A stretch of 64,000 bases of DNA, taken from assembly GCA_052327205.1 (NCBI GenBank), contig JBMRGM010000040.1, positions 35,836,001 through 35,900,000 of the forward strand, written 5' to 3'. Made by a program: the position numbers and the translations under genes. This DNA comes from Somniosus microcephalus. Its lineage: Eukaryota. The notes under the pieces are model-generated. The model did no database searches. It was not told where the DNA came from and saw nothing but the letters and a program-made list of their open reading frames with translations. Below are positions 49,413-63,299 of the stretch, piece after piece. The number at the start of each line of letters is the position of its first letter. Within the stretch, counting starts at the first letter, position 1.

Positions 49413-52400
49413 GTGTGTATGTGGTTTCACAGTGTATCAGGATCCGGCCAGTTGGGTATTTGGTTTCACAGTGTATCAGGATCCTATCAGGTGTTTAAGG
49501 GATTTCACATTGTATCAGGATCCTGCCAGGTGTGTCTGGGCTTTCACAGCGTATCAGGATCCTGCAAGGTGTGTGTGGGGTTTCACAGTGTATCAGGATC
49601 CGGCCAGGTGTGTATGGGGTTTCACAGTGTATCAGGATCCTGCCAGGTGGGTATGTGGTTTCACCGTTTATCAGGATCCTGCCAGGTGTGTATGGGGTTC
49701 ACAGTGTATCAGGAGCCTGCCAGGTGTGTATGGAGTTTCACAATGCATCAGGATCCTACCAGGTGTATACGGGGTTTAAAAGTGTAACCGGATCCTGCCA
49801 GGTGTCTGTTGGGTTTCGCAGTGTATCAGGATCTGGCCAGATGTGTATGGGGTTTCACAGTGTATCTGGATCCTGCCAGTTGTGTATGGGGATTCACAGT
49901 GTATCAGGATCCTGCCAGGTGTGTATGGGGTTTCACAGTGTTTCAGGTTCCTGCCAGGTGTGTATGGGGTTTCACAGTGCATCAGGATCCTGCCAGGTGT
50001 GTATGGGGTTTCACAGTGTATCAGGATCCTGCCAGGTGTTTATGGGGTTTCACAGTGTATCAGGATCCTGCCAGGTGTGTATGGGGTTTCACAATGCATC
50101 AGGATCCTACCAGGTGTATATGGGGTTTCACAGTGTATCAGGAACTGCCAGGTGTGTATGGGGTTTCACAATGCATCAGGATCCTACCAGGTCTATATGG
50201 GGTTTAACAGTGTAACCGGATCCTGCCAGGTGTCTGTTGGGTTTCACGGTGTATCAGGAACTGGCCAGGTGTGTATGGGGTTTCTCAGTGTATCAGGATC
50301 CTGCCAGGTGTGTATGGGGTTTAACAGTGTATCAGGATCCTGCCAGGTGTGTATGGGTATGGTATTCAAAATGTATCAGGATCCTGCCAGGTGTCTCTGG
50401 GGTTTCACAGTGTATCAGGATCGTGCCAGGTTTATGGGGTTTCAGTGTATCAGGATCCTGCCAGGTGTGTATGGGGTTTCACAGTGTATCAGGATCCTGC
50501 CAGGTGCATATGGTGTTTCACAGTGTATCAGGATCCTGCCAGGTATGTATGGGGTTTCAAAGTGTATCAGGATCCTGCCAGCTGCGTATGGGGTTTCACT
50601 GTGTATCAGGATCCTGCTAGGTGTGTATGGGGTTTCACAGTGTAACAGGATGCTGCCAGCTTTGTATGAGGTTTCACAGTGTATCAGGATCCTGCCAGGT
50701 ATGTACGGGGTTTCACAGTGTATCAGTATCCTGCCAGGTGTGTATGGGGTTTCACAGAGTATCAGGATCCTGCCAGTTGTGTGTGGGGTTTCACAGTGTA
50801 TCAGGATCCTGCCAGGAGTGTGTGGGGTTTCACAGTGTATCAGGATCCTGCCAGGTGTGTGTGGGGTTTCACAATGTATCAGGATCCTGCCACGTGTGTA
50901 TGGGGTTTCACAGTGTATCAAGATCCTGCCAGGTGTGTATGGGGTTTCACAGTGTATCAGGATCCTACCAGGTGTGTATGGGGTTTCACAGTGTATCAGG
51001 ATCCTGCCAGGTGTGTATGGGGTTTCACAATGTATCAGGATCCAGCCTGGTGTGTATTGGGTTTCACAGTGTATTAGAATCCAGCCAGATGTGTATGGGG
51101 TTTCACAATGTATCAGGACCCTGCCAGGCAGTTAAAGGGTTTCTCAGTGTATCAATATCCTGCCAGGTGTGTGTGGGGTTTCACCGTGTTTCAGGATCCT
51201 TCCAGGTGTTTGTGGGGTTTCACAATGTATCAGGATGCTACCAGGTGTGATTGGGGTTTCACAGTGTATCAGGATCCTGCCTGGTGTGCATTGGGATTCA
51301 CAGTGTATCAGGATCCTGCCAGGTGTTTATGGGGTTTCACAGTGTATCAGGATCCTGCCAGTTGTGTATGCGGTTTCACAGTGTATCAGGATCCTGCCAG
51401 GTGTGTATGGGGTGTCACAGTGTATCAGCTTCCTGCCAGGTGTGTATGGGGTTTCACAGTGTATCAGGATCCGATCAGGTGTGTATGCGGTGTCACAGAG
51501 TATCCGCTTCGTGGCAGGGGTGTATGGGGTGTCTGAGTGTATCAGGATCCTGCCAGGTGTGTATGGGGTTTCATAGAGTATCAGGATCCTGCCAGCTGTG
51601 TATGGGGCTTCACAGTTTATCAGGATCCTGCCAGGTGTGTATCGGGTTTCACAGTTTATCAGGATCCTGCCAGGTGTGTATGGGGATTCAGTGTATCAGT
51701 ATCCTGCCAGGTGTGTATGGGGTTTCACAGTGCATCTGGAACCTGCCAGGTAGTTAAGGGTTTTGTCAATGTGTCAGGATCCTGCCAGGTGTGTATGTGG
51801 TTTCAGAGTGTATCAGGGTTTTGCCAGGTTTCTATGGGGTTTCACAGTGTATCAGGATCATGCCAGGTGTGTATGGGGTTTCACAGTGTATCAGGATCCT
51901 GCCAGGTGTGTATGGGGTTTCACAGTGTATCAGGATCCTGCCAGGTGTGTATGCGGTTTCACAGTTTATCAGGATACTGCCAGGTGTGTATGTTGTTTCA
52001 CAGTGTATCAGGATCCTGCCAGGTGTGTATGGGGTTTCACAGTGTATCAGGATCCTGCCAGGTGTGTATGGGGTTTCACAGTGTATCAGCATCCTGCCAG
52101 GTGTGTATGAGATTTCGCAGTGTATAAGGATCCTGCCGTGTGTGTGGGGTTTCACAGTGTATCAGGATCCTTCCTGGTGTGTATGGGGTTTCACATTGTA
52201 TCAGGATCCTGCCAGGTGTGTATGGGGTTTCAGAGTGCATCAGTATCCTGCCAGGTGTGTATGGGGTTTCACAGTGTAACAGGATCCTGCCAGGTGTGTA
52301 TGGGGTTTCACAGTGTATCAGGATCCTGCCAGGTGTGTATGGGGTTTCACAGTGTATCAGGATCCTGCCTGGTGTGTATGGGGTTTCACAGTGTATCAGT

Positions 52401-53333
52401 ATCCTGCCAGTGTGTATGGGGTTTCACAAAGTATCAGGATCCTGCCAGGTGTGTATGGCGTTTCACAGTGTATCAGCATCCTGCCAGGTGTGTATGGGTT
52501 TTCACAGTTTATCAGGATACTGCCAGGTGTTAATGGGTTTTACAGTGTGTCAATAACCTGCGAGTTGTGTATGGGTTTCACAGTTTATCCGGATCCTGCC
52601 AGGTGTGTATGTGGTTTCACAGTGTATCAGGATCCTGCCAGATGTGTATGGGGTTTCACAATGTATCAGGATCCTGCCAGTTGTGCATGGGTTTCACAGT
52701 GTATCCGGATCCTGCCAGGTGTGTATGGGGTTTCAGAGTGTATCAGGATCCTGCCAGGTGTGTATGTGTTTTCATAGAGTATCAGCATCCTGCCAGGTGT
52801 GTATGGGTTTCACAGTGTATCCGGATCCTGCCAGGTGTGTATGGGGTTTCTCAGTGTATCAGGATCCTGCCAGGTGTCTATGGGGTTTCACAGTGCATTC
52901 AGGATCCTGCCAGGTGTGTATAGGGTTTCACAGAGTATCAGGATCCTGCCAGGTATGTATGGGATTGCACAGTGTTTCAGGATCCTGCCAGATGTGTATT
53001 GGGTTTCACATTGTATCAGGAACCTGCCAGGTGTGTATGGGGTTTCACAGTGTATCAGGATCTTGCAAGGTGTGTATGGGGTTCCACAGTGTATCAGAAT
53101 CCTGCCAGGTGTGTATGGGATTTCACAGTGTATCAGAATCCTGCCAGGTGTGTATGGGATTCCACAGTGTATCAGAATCCTGCCAGGTGTGTATGGGATT
53201 TCACAGTGTATCAGAATCCTGCCAGGTGTGTATGGGATTTCACAGTGTATCAGAATCCTGCCAGGTGTGTATGGGGTTCCACAGTGTATCAGAATCCTGC
53301 CAGGTGTGTATGGGATTTCACAGTGTAGCAGTA

Positions 53334-56300
53334 TCATAGATTCATAGAGTCGTAGAGTTATACAGCACAGAAAGAGGCCCTTTGGCCCATCGTGTCTGCG
53401 CCGCCCATCCATCCCTGTCCAGTCTAATCCCATTTTCCAGCATTTGGTCCATAGCCTTGTATGCAATGGCATTTCAAGTGCTCATCCAAGTGCTTCTTGA
53501 ATGTTGTGAAGGTTCCTGCCTCTACCACCCTTTCAGGCATTGAGTTCCAGATTCCAATCACCCTCTGGGTGAAAAAGTTCCTCCTCAAATCCCCTCTAAA
53601 CCTCCTGCCCCTTACCCTGAATCTATGCCCCCTTGTTATTGACGCCTCTACTAAGGGGAAAAGTTCCTCTTTATCTACCCTATCTATGCCCCTCATCATT
53701 TTGTGCACCTCACTCAGGTCCCCCCTCAGCCTTCTTTGCTCCAAGGAAAACAACCCCAGCCTGTTTAGTCTTTCTTCATAGCTGAGACGCTCCATCCCAG
53801 GTAACATCCTGGTGAATCTTCTCTGCACCCTCTCCAAAGCAATCACATCCTTCCTATAGTGAGGCGACCAGAACTGCACACAAGACTCCAGCTGTGGCCT
53901 TAACAGCGTTTTGTACATCTCCATCATAACCTCCCTGCTCTTATATTCTATGCCTCGGCTAATGAAGGCAAGTATCCCATATGCCTTTTTAACCACCTTA
54001 TCTACCTGTTCCGCTGCCTTCAGGGATCTATGTACATGTACACCAAGGTCCCTCTGACCCTCTGTACTTCCTAGGATCCTGCCACTCATTGTGTATTCCC
54101 TTGCCTTATTTGTCCGTCCAAAATGCATCACCTCGCACTTTTCAGGGTTAAATTCCAATTGCCACTTTTCCGCCCATCTGACCAACTCGTTTATATCGTC
54201 CTGCAGCCTGAGGCTTTCGTCCTCGCAATTTACCACCCCACCAATTTTCGTGTCATCCGCGAACTTACTGATCATACCTTTCACATTCTCATCCAAATCA
54301 TTTATGTAGATCACAAACAGCAAGGGACCCAGCACCGATCCCTGAGGTGCCCCACTGGACACAGGCTTCTAGTCACAAATGCAACTTTCGACCATCACCC
54401 TCTTCCTCCTGCCACTCAGCCAGTTTAGGATCCAACGCAACAAGGCACACTGGATCCCATGGGCTCTTACCTTCTTGACCAGTCTCCTATGCGGGACTTT
54501 GTCAAAACCTTTGTTGAAGTCCATGTAAACCACATCCACAGCATTTCCCTCATCCACACTCCTAGCCGCCCCCTCGAAAAATTCAATCAGATTTGTCAGA
54601 CATGATTTACCCTTGACAAAGCCATGCTGACTATCCCCGATTAATCCTTGCCTCTCCAAGTGGAGACTAATTTTGTCCCTCAGAATTTTTTTCCAATAAT
54701 TTCCCTACCACAGATGTTAGGCTCACTGGCCTGTCATTCCCTGGTTTATCCCTGTTACCCTTCTTGTATAATGGTACTACGTTAGCTGTTCTCCAGTCCT
54801 CTGGTACATCCCCTGTGGCCAGAGAGGTTCTGAAAATTTGTGTCAGAGCCCCTGCAATCTCCTCCTTTGCCTCATACAACAGCCTGGGATACATCTCGTC
54901 CGGGCCTGGGGATTTATCCAATTTTTGGCCTGCTAAAACCGCTAGTACCTCCTCCCTCTCGATGCTAATATGTTCAAGTATGTCACAGTCCCCTTGCCCG
55001 ATTTCTATGTCTACATCGTCGTTCTCCATAGTGAACACAGATGCAAAAAATTCATTTATAACCCCGCCTACATCATCTGGCTCTGCACACAGATTGCCAC
55101 TTTGGTCCCTAATGGGCCCTACCCTTTCCCTGGTTATCCCCTTGCCCTTAATATACTTATAAAACATCTTAGGATTTTCCTTTATTTTGCTCGCCAGTGT
55201 TATTTCATGGCCCCTCCTCGCCCTCCTAATTTCTTTTTTAAATATGCCCCTGCACTTTTTATACTCCTCTCGGGCTTCTGCCGTCTTTAGTCTTTTGTAA
55301 CTGCCAAAAGCCCCCCTTTTTTCCCTAATGCATTTTTGTATATCCCTTGTCATCCAAGGTTCCCTTTGCTTGTTGGTCCCACCCTTGACATTTACAGGAA
55401 CATGTTGGCGTTGTACTCTCTCTATTTCCCTTCTGAAAGCCTCCCACTGTTTTGATGTGGATTTTCCTATAAGTAGCTGCTCCCAGTCCAGTTTGGCCAG
55501 ATCCTGCCTTATCGTATTAAAATCGGCCTTCCCCCAATTTAGAACCCTTATTTCCGGGCCGTCTTTGTCTTTTTCCATGACCACCTTAAATCTCACCGAG
55601 TTATCGTCACTGTCGCCAAAATGCTCTCCTACTGACTCTTCCACCACTTGCCCAGCTACATTCCCCAGAATTAGGTCCAGTACCGTCCCCTCTCTTGTAG
55701 GACTTTCTACATGCTGGCTCAAAAAGCTCTCCTGGATGCACTTTAAGAATTCTGCACCCTCTAAGCCTTTCACACTCTGACCATCCCAATTAATATTGGG
55801 GAAGTTGAAATCCCCCACGATTATTACCCTATTATTTTAGCACTTCTCTGAGATTTGCCTACATATCTGTTCCTCTATCTCCCCCTCACTGTTTGGGGGC
55901 ATATAGTACACTCCCAGCAAAGTCCTTGCCCCCTTTCTGTTTTTAAGTTCTACCCATTTGGCCTCATTAGAGGACCCCGCTAATATATCATCCCTCCTTA
56001 CAGCAGTAATTGACTCCTTAATTAATATTGCAACTCCCCCTCCCCTTTTACACCCCCCTCTGTCTCGCCTGAAGATTCTATGCCCCGGAATATTGAGCTG
56101 CCAGTCCTGACCCTCCCTCAACCATGTCTCTGTGATAGCAACAATATCGTACTCCCATGTGTTCAACAACAACTTCAGTTCATCCACCTTATTTGCAAGA
56201 CTCCTTGCATTAAAATAAATGCCTTCCAGCCCTGCCATATTCCCTTTTGCCATCACATGTTTGCTCTGCCTTCCCAGCTGACTTGTTTTTTCCTCCGTAT

Positions 56301-56399
56301 TTGGCTGTAAATCACCCCATACTATAGCTCCACTCTTTACCCCATCCCCCTGCCAAGTTAGTTTAAACCCACACCAGCAGTGCTAGCAAACCTCCCCGC
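53334..56399 (-). mobile_element. 5'-truncated CR1 LINE (ORF1 end plus disrupted ORF2) inserted in the 39-bp satellite
   Basis: ORFs 55837-56256, 54667-55818, 54369-54659 and 53424-54362 are highly similar to ORF2 at 33415-36285; stops and a frameshift are present. Confidence 0.95.
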
Positions 56400-59300
56400 T
56401 GTGAGGATCCTGCCAGGTGTGTATGGGGTTTCAGTGTACCAGGATCCTGCCACGTGTGTATGGGGTTTCACAGTGAATCAGGATCCTGCCAGGTGTGTAT
56501 GTGGTTTCACAGTGTATCAGGGTCCTGCCAGGTGTGTATGGTGTTTCACAGTGTATCAGGATCCTGCCAGGTGTGTAAGGGGTTTCATAGTGTATCAGGA
56601 ACCTGCCAGGTGTGTATGTATTTTCACAGTGTATCACGATCCTCCCAGGTGTGTATGGGGTTGCACAGTGTATCAGGAGCCTGCCTGGTGTGTATGGTGT
56701 TTCACAGTGTATCAGGAACCTGACAGGTGTGTATGGGGATTCTCAGTGTATCAGGACCCTGCCAGGTGTGCATGGGGTTTCACAGTGTATCAGGTTCCTG
56801 CCAGGTGTGTATGGGGTTTCACAATGTATCAGGAATCGGCCAGGTGTGTATGGGGTTTCACAGTGTATCAGGATCCTGCCAGGTGTGTATGGGGTTTCAC
56901 AGTGTATCAGGATCCTGCCAGGTGCGTATGGGATTTCACAATGTATCAGGATCCTGCCAGGTGTGTATGGGGTTTCACAGTGTATCAGGATCCTGCCAGT
57001 TGTGTGTGGGGGGTTTCACAGTGTATCAGGATCCTGCCAGGTGTGTATGGGGTTTCACAGTGAATCAGGATCCTGCCAGGTGTGTATGTGGTTTCACAGT
57101 GTATCAGGATCCTGACAGGTGTGTATGGGGTTTCACAGTGTATCAGGATCCTGCCAGGTGTGCATGGGGTTTCACAGTGTATCAGGAACCTGCCAGGTGT
57201 GTATGGGGTTTCACAGTGTATCAGGAACCTGCCAGATGTGTATGGGGTTTCACAGTGTATCAGGATCCTGCCAGGTGTGTATGGGGTTTCACAGTGTATC
57301 AGGATCCTGCCAGGTGTGTATGGGGTTTCACAGTGTATCAGGATCCTACCTGGTGTGTATGGGGTTTCACACTGTATCAGGATCCTGCCAGGTGTGTATG
57401 GGGTTTCACAGTGTATCAGGATCCTGCCAGGTGTCAATGGGGTTTCAGTGTATAAGGATCCTGCCAGGTACGTATGGGTTTTCACAGTGAATCAGGATCC
57501 TGCCAGGTGTGTATGTGGTTTCACAGTGTATCAGGAACCTGCCAGGTGTGTATGGGGTTTCACAGTGTATCAGGATCCTGTCAGGTGTGTATGGGGTTTC
57601 ACCGCGTATCAGGAACCTGCCAGGTGTATATGGGGTTTCACAGTGTATCAGGATCCTGCCAGGTGTGTATGGGGTTTCACAGTGTATCAGGATCCTGCCA
57701 GGTGTGTATGGGGGTTCACAGTGTATCAGGATCCTGCCAGGTGTGTATGGGGTTTCACAGTGTATCAGGATCCTGCCAGGTGTGTATGGGGTTTCACAGT
57801 GTATCAGGATCCTGCCAGATGTATATGGGGTTTCACAGTATATCAGGATCCTGCCAGATGTGAATGGATTTTCACAGTGTATCAGGATCCTGCCAGGTGT
57901 GTATGGGGTTTCAGTATATCAGGATCCTGCCAGGTGTGTATGGGGTTTCAATGTGTATCAGTATCCTGCCAGGTGTGTATGGGGTTTCGCAGTGTATCAG
58001 GATCCTTCCAGATATGTATTTGGTTTCACAGTGTATCAGGATACTGCCAGGTTTGTATGGGGATTCACAGTGTATCATGATCCTGCCAGGTGTGTATGGG
58101 GTTTCCCAGTGTATCAGTATCCTGCCAGGTGTGTATGGGGTTCCACAGTGTATAAGGATCCTGCCAGGTGTGTATGGGGTTTCACAGTTTATCAGGATCC
58201 CGACAGGATTGTATGGGGTTTCACAGTGTATCAGGATCCTGCCAGGTGTGTATGGGGATTCACAGTGTATCAGGATCCTGCCAGGTATGTATGGGGTTTC
58301 GCAGTGTATCAAGAACCTGCCAGGTATGTATGGGGTTTCACAGTGTATCAGGATCCTGTCAGGTGTGTATGGAGTTTCACAGTGTAACAGGATCCTGCCA
58401 GGTGTGTATGGGGTTTCACAGAGTATCAGGATCCTGCCAGGTGTGTATGGGGTTTCACAGTGTATCAGGAACCTGCCAGGTATGTATGTTGTTTCACAGT
58501 GTATCAGGATCCTGCCAGGTGTGTATGGGGTTTCACAGTGAATCAGGATCCTGCCAGGTGTGTATGTGGTTTCACAGTGTATCAGGAACCTGCCAGGTGT
58601 GTATGGGGTTTCACAGTGTATCAGGATCCTGCCAGGTGTGTATGGGGTTTCACCGCGTATCAGGAACCTGCCAGGTGTATATGGGGTTTCACAGTGTATC
58701 AGGATCCTGCCAGGTGTGTATGGGGTTTCACAGTGTATCAGGATCCTGCCAGGTGTGTATGGGGGTTCACAGTGTATCAGGATCCTGCCAGGTGTGTATG
58801 GGGTTTCACAGTGTATCAGGATCCTGCCAGGTGTGTATGGGGTTTCACAGTGTATCAGGATCCTGCCAGATGTATATGGGGTTTCACAGTATATCAGGAT
58901 CCTGCCAGATGTGAATGGGTTTTCACAGTGTATCAGGATCCTGCCAGGTGTGTATGGGGTTTCAGTATATCAGGATCCTGCCAGGTGTGTATGGGGTTTC
59001 AATGTGTATCAGTATCCTGCCAGGTGTGTATGGGGTTTCGCAGTGTATCAGGATCCTTCCAGATATGTATTTGGTTTCACAGTGTATCAGGATACTGCCA
59101 GGTGTGTATGGGGATTCACAGTGTATCATGATCCTGCCAGGTGTGTATGGGGTTTCCCAGTGTATCAGGATACTGCCAGGTGTGTATGGGGTTCCACAGT
59201 GTATAAGGATCCTGCCAGGTGTGTATGGGGTTTCACAGTTTATCAGGATCTCGACAGGTTTGTATGGGGTTTCACAGTGTATCAGGATCCTGCCAGGTGT

Positions 59301-62300
59301 GTATGGGGATTCACAGTGTATCAGGATCCTGCCAGGTATGTATGGGGTTTCGCAGTGTATCAAGAACCTGCCAGGTATGTATGGGGTTTCACAGTGTATC
59401 AGGATCCTATCAGGTGTGTATGGAGTTTCACAGTGTAACAGGATCCTGCCAGGTGTGTATGGGGTTTCACAGAGTATCAGGATCCTGCCAGGTGTGTATG
59501 GGGTTTCACAGTGTATCAGGAACCTGCCAGGTATGTATGTTGTTTCACAGTGTATCAGGATCCTGCCAGGTGTGTATGGGGCTTCACAGTGTATCAGGAT
59601 CCCGCCAGATGTGTCTGGTTTTTCACAGTTGATCAGGATCCTGCCAGTTGTGTATGGGGATTCACAGTGTATCAGGATCCTACCAGGTGTGTGTGTGTTT
59701 TCATAGTGTATCAGGATCCTTCCAGGTGTATATGTGGTTTCACAGTGTATCAGGATCCTGCCAGGTCTGTATGGGGTTTCACAGTATATCAGGACCCTGC
59801 CAGGTCATTATGGGGTTTCACAGTGTATCAGGATCCTGCCAGGTCTGTATGGGGTTTCACAGTATATCAGGATCCTGCCAGGTCTGTATGTGGTTTCACA
59901 GTGTATCTGGATCCGGCCAGGCGTGTATGGAGTTTCACTGTATATCAGGATCCTTCCAGGTCTGTATGGGGTTTCACTGTATATCAGGATCCTTCCATGT
60001 GTGTATGGGGTTTCACAGTGTACCAGGACCCTGCAATATGTGTATGGGGTTTAACAGTTTACCTGGACCCTTCGATGTGTGTTTGGGGTTTCACAGTGTA
60101 CCAGGACCCTGCGATGTGTGTTTGGGGTTTCACAGTGTACCAGGACCCTGCGATGTGTCTATGAGGTTTCACAGTGTACCAGGACCCTGCGATGTGTGTT
60201 TGGCGTTTCACAGTGTACCAGGACCCTGCGATGTGTGTTTGGGGTTTCACAGTGTACCAGTACCCTGCGATGTGTGTTTGGCGTTTCACAGTGTACCAGG
60301 ACCCTGCGATGTGTGTATGGGGCTTCACAGTGTACCAGGAACCTGCGATGTGTGTTTGGGGTTTCACAGTGTACCAGGACCCTGCGATGTGTGTTTGGGG
60401 TTTCACAGTGTACCAGGACCCTGCGATGTGTGTTTGGGGTTTCACAGTGTAACAGGACCCTGCGATGTGTGTTTGGGGTTTCACAGTGTACCAGTACCCT
60501 GCGATGTGTGTTTGGGGTTTCACAGTGTACCAGGACCCTGCGATGTGTGTTTGGGGTTTCACAGTGAACCAGGACCCTGCGATGTGTGTTTGGGGTTTCA
60601 CAGTGTACCAGGACCCTGCGATGTGTGTTTGGGGTTTCACAGTGTACCAGGACCCTGCGATGTGTGTTTGGGGTTTCACAGTGTACCAGGACCCTGCGAT
60701 GTGTGTTTGGGGTTTCACAGTGTACCAGGACCCTGCGATGTGTGTTTGGTGTTTCACAGTGTACCAGGAACCTGCGATGTGTGTTTGGGGTTTCACAGTG
60801 TACCAGGACCCTGCGATGTGTGTTTGGGGTTTCACAGTGTACCAGGAACCTGCGATGTGTGTTTGGGGTTTCACAGTTTACCAGGACCCTGCGATGTGTG
60901 TTTGGGGTTTCACAGTGTACCAGGACCCTGCGATGTGTGTTTGGGGTTTCACAGTGTACCAGGACCCTGCGATGTGTGTTTGGGGTTTCACAGTGTACCA
61001 GGACCCTGCGATGTGTGTTTGGGGTTTCACAGTGTACCAGGACCCTGCGATGTGTGTTTGGGGTTTCACAGTGTATCAGGAACCTGCGATGTGTGTTTGG
61101 GGTTTCACAGTGTACCAGGACCCTGCGATGTGTGTTTGGGGTTTCACAGTGTAACAGGACCCTGCGATGTGTGTTTGGGGTTTCACAGTGTACCAGGACC
61201 CTGCGATGTGTGTTTGGGGTTTCACAGTGTACCAGGACCCTGCGATGTGTGTTTGGGGTTTCACAGTGTACCAGGACCCTGCGATGTGTGTTTGGGGTTT
61301 CACAGTGTACCAGGACCCTGCGATGTGTGTTTGGGGTTTCACAGTGTACCAGGACCCTGCGATGTGTGTTTGGGGTTTCACAGTGTACCAGGACCCTGCG
61401 ATGTGTGTTTGGGGTTTCACAGTGTACCAGGACCCTGCGATGTGTGTTTGGGGTTTCACAGTTTACCAGGACCCTGCGATGTGTGTTTGGGGTTTCACAG
61501 TGTACCAGGACCCTGCGATGTGTGTTTGGGGTTTCACAGTGTACCTGGACCCTGCGATGTGTGTTTGGGGTTTCACAGTGTACCAGGACGCTGCGATGTG
61601 TGTTTGGGGTTTCACAGTGTATCAGGACCCTGCGATGTGTGTTTGGGGTTTCACAGTGTACCAGGACCCTGCGATGTGTGTTTGGGGTTTCACAGTGTAC
61701 CAGGACGCTGCGATGTGTGTTTGGGGTTTCACAGTGTATCAGGAACCTGCGATGTGTGTTTGGGGTTTCACAGTGTACCAGGACCCTGCGATGTGTGTTT
61801 GGGGTTTCACAGTGTACCAGGACCCTGCGATGTGTGTTTGGGGTTTCACAGTGTACCAGGATCCTGCGATGTGTGTTTGGGGTTTCACAGTGTACCAGGA
61901 CCCTGCGATGTGTGTTTGGGGTTTCACAGTGTACCAGGACCCTGCGATGTGTGTTTGGGGTTTCACAGTGTACCAGGACCCTGCGATGTGTGTTTGGGGT
62001 TTCACAGTGTACCAGGACCCTGCGATGTGTGTTTGGGGTTTCACAGTGTACCAGGACGCTGCGATGTGTGTTTGGGGTTTCACAGTGTACCAGGACCCTG
62101 CGATGTGTGTTTGGGGTTTCACAGTGTATCAGGAACCTGCGATGTGTGTTTGGGGTTTCACAGTGTACCAGGACCCTGCGATGTGTGTTTCGGGTTTCAC
62201 AGTGTACCAGGACCCTGCGATGTGTGTTTGGGGTTTCACAGTGTACCAGGACCCTGCGATGTGTGTTTGGGGTTTCACAGTGTACCAGGACGCTGCGATG

Positions 62301-63299
62301 TGTGTTTGGGGTTTCAAAGTGTACCAGGACCCTGCGATGTGTGTTTGGGGTTTCACAGTGTACCAGGACCCTGCGATGTGTGTTTGGGGTTTCACAGTGT
62401 ACCAGGACCCTGCGATGTGTGTTTGGGGTTTCACAGTGTACCAGGACCCTGCGATGTGTGTTTGGGATTTCACAGTGTACCAGGACCCTCCGATGTGTGT
62501 TTGCGGTTTCACAGTGTACCAGGATCCTGCGATGTGTGTTTGGGGTTTCACAGTGTACCAGGACCCTGCGATGTGTGTTTGGGATTTCACAGTGTACCAG
62601 GACCCTCCGATGTGTGTTTGCGGTTTCACAGTGTACCAGGACCCTGCGATGTGTGTTTGGGGTTTCACAGTGTACCAGGACCCTGCGATGTGTGTTTGGG
62701 GTTTCACAGTGTACCAGGACCCTGCGATGTGTGTTTGGGGTTTCACAGTGTACCAGGATCCTGCGATGTGTGTTTGGGGTTCCACAGTGTACCAGGACCC
62801 TGCGATGTGTTTTTGGGATTTCACAGTGCACCAGGACCCTCCGATGTGTGTTTGCGGTTTCACAGTGTACCAGGACCCTGCGATGTGTGTTTGGGGTTTC
62901 ACAGTGCACCAGGACCCTCCGATGTGTGTTTGCGGTTTCACAGTGTACCAGGACCCTCCGATGTGTGTTTGCGGTTTCACAGTGTACCAGGACCCTGCGA
63001 TGTGTGTTTGGGATTTCACAGTGCACCAGGACCCTCCGATGTGTGTTTGCGGTTTCACAGTGTACCAGGACCCTCCGATGTGTGTTTGCGGTTTCACAGT
63101 GTACCAGGACCCTGCGATGTGTGTTTGGGGTTTCACAGTGTAACAGGACCCTGCGATGTGTGTTTGGGGTTTCACAGTGTACCAGGACCCTGCGATGTGT
63201 GTTTGGGGTTTCACAATCTACCAGGATCCTGCCACGTGTAGGCAATGAGCAGTTGGATTAACTGGAGAATACAAGACCTCTAAATTTACCAATAATTCA

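Larger units (their letters stand above)
46958..63240. repeat. 39-bp satellite (GGGGTTTCACAGTGTATCAGGATCCTGCCAGGTGTGTAT), with a variant subfamily from ~60020
   Basis: About 13 kb of tandem units once the CR1 insertions are excluded; variant unit GGGGTTTCACAGTGTACCAGGACCCTGCGATGTGTGTTT. Confidence 0.98.

Noticed and set aside
46919-63261. Very long Cys/His-rich ORFs (up to 1197 aa) on both strands
   Set aside because: Artefact of a 39-bp (13-codon) unit that lacks stops in most frames; frames switch at indels and there is no unique coding sequence.
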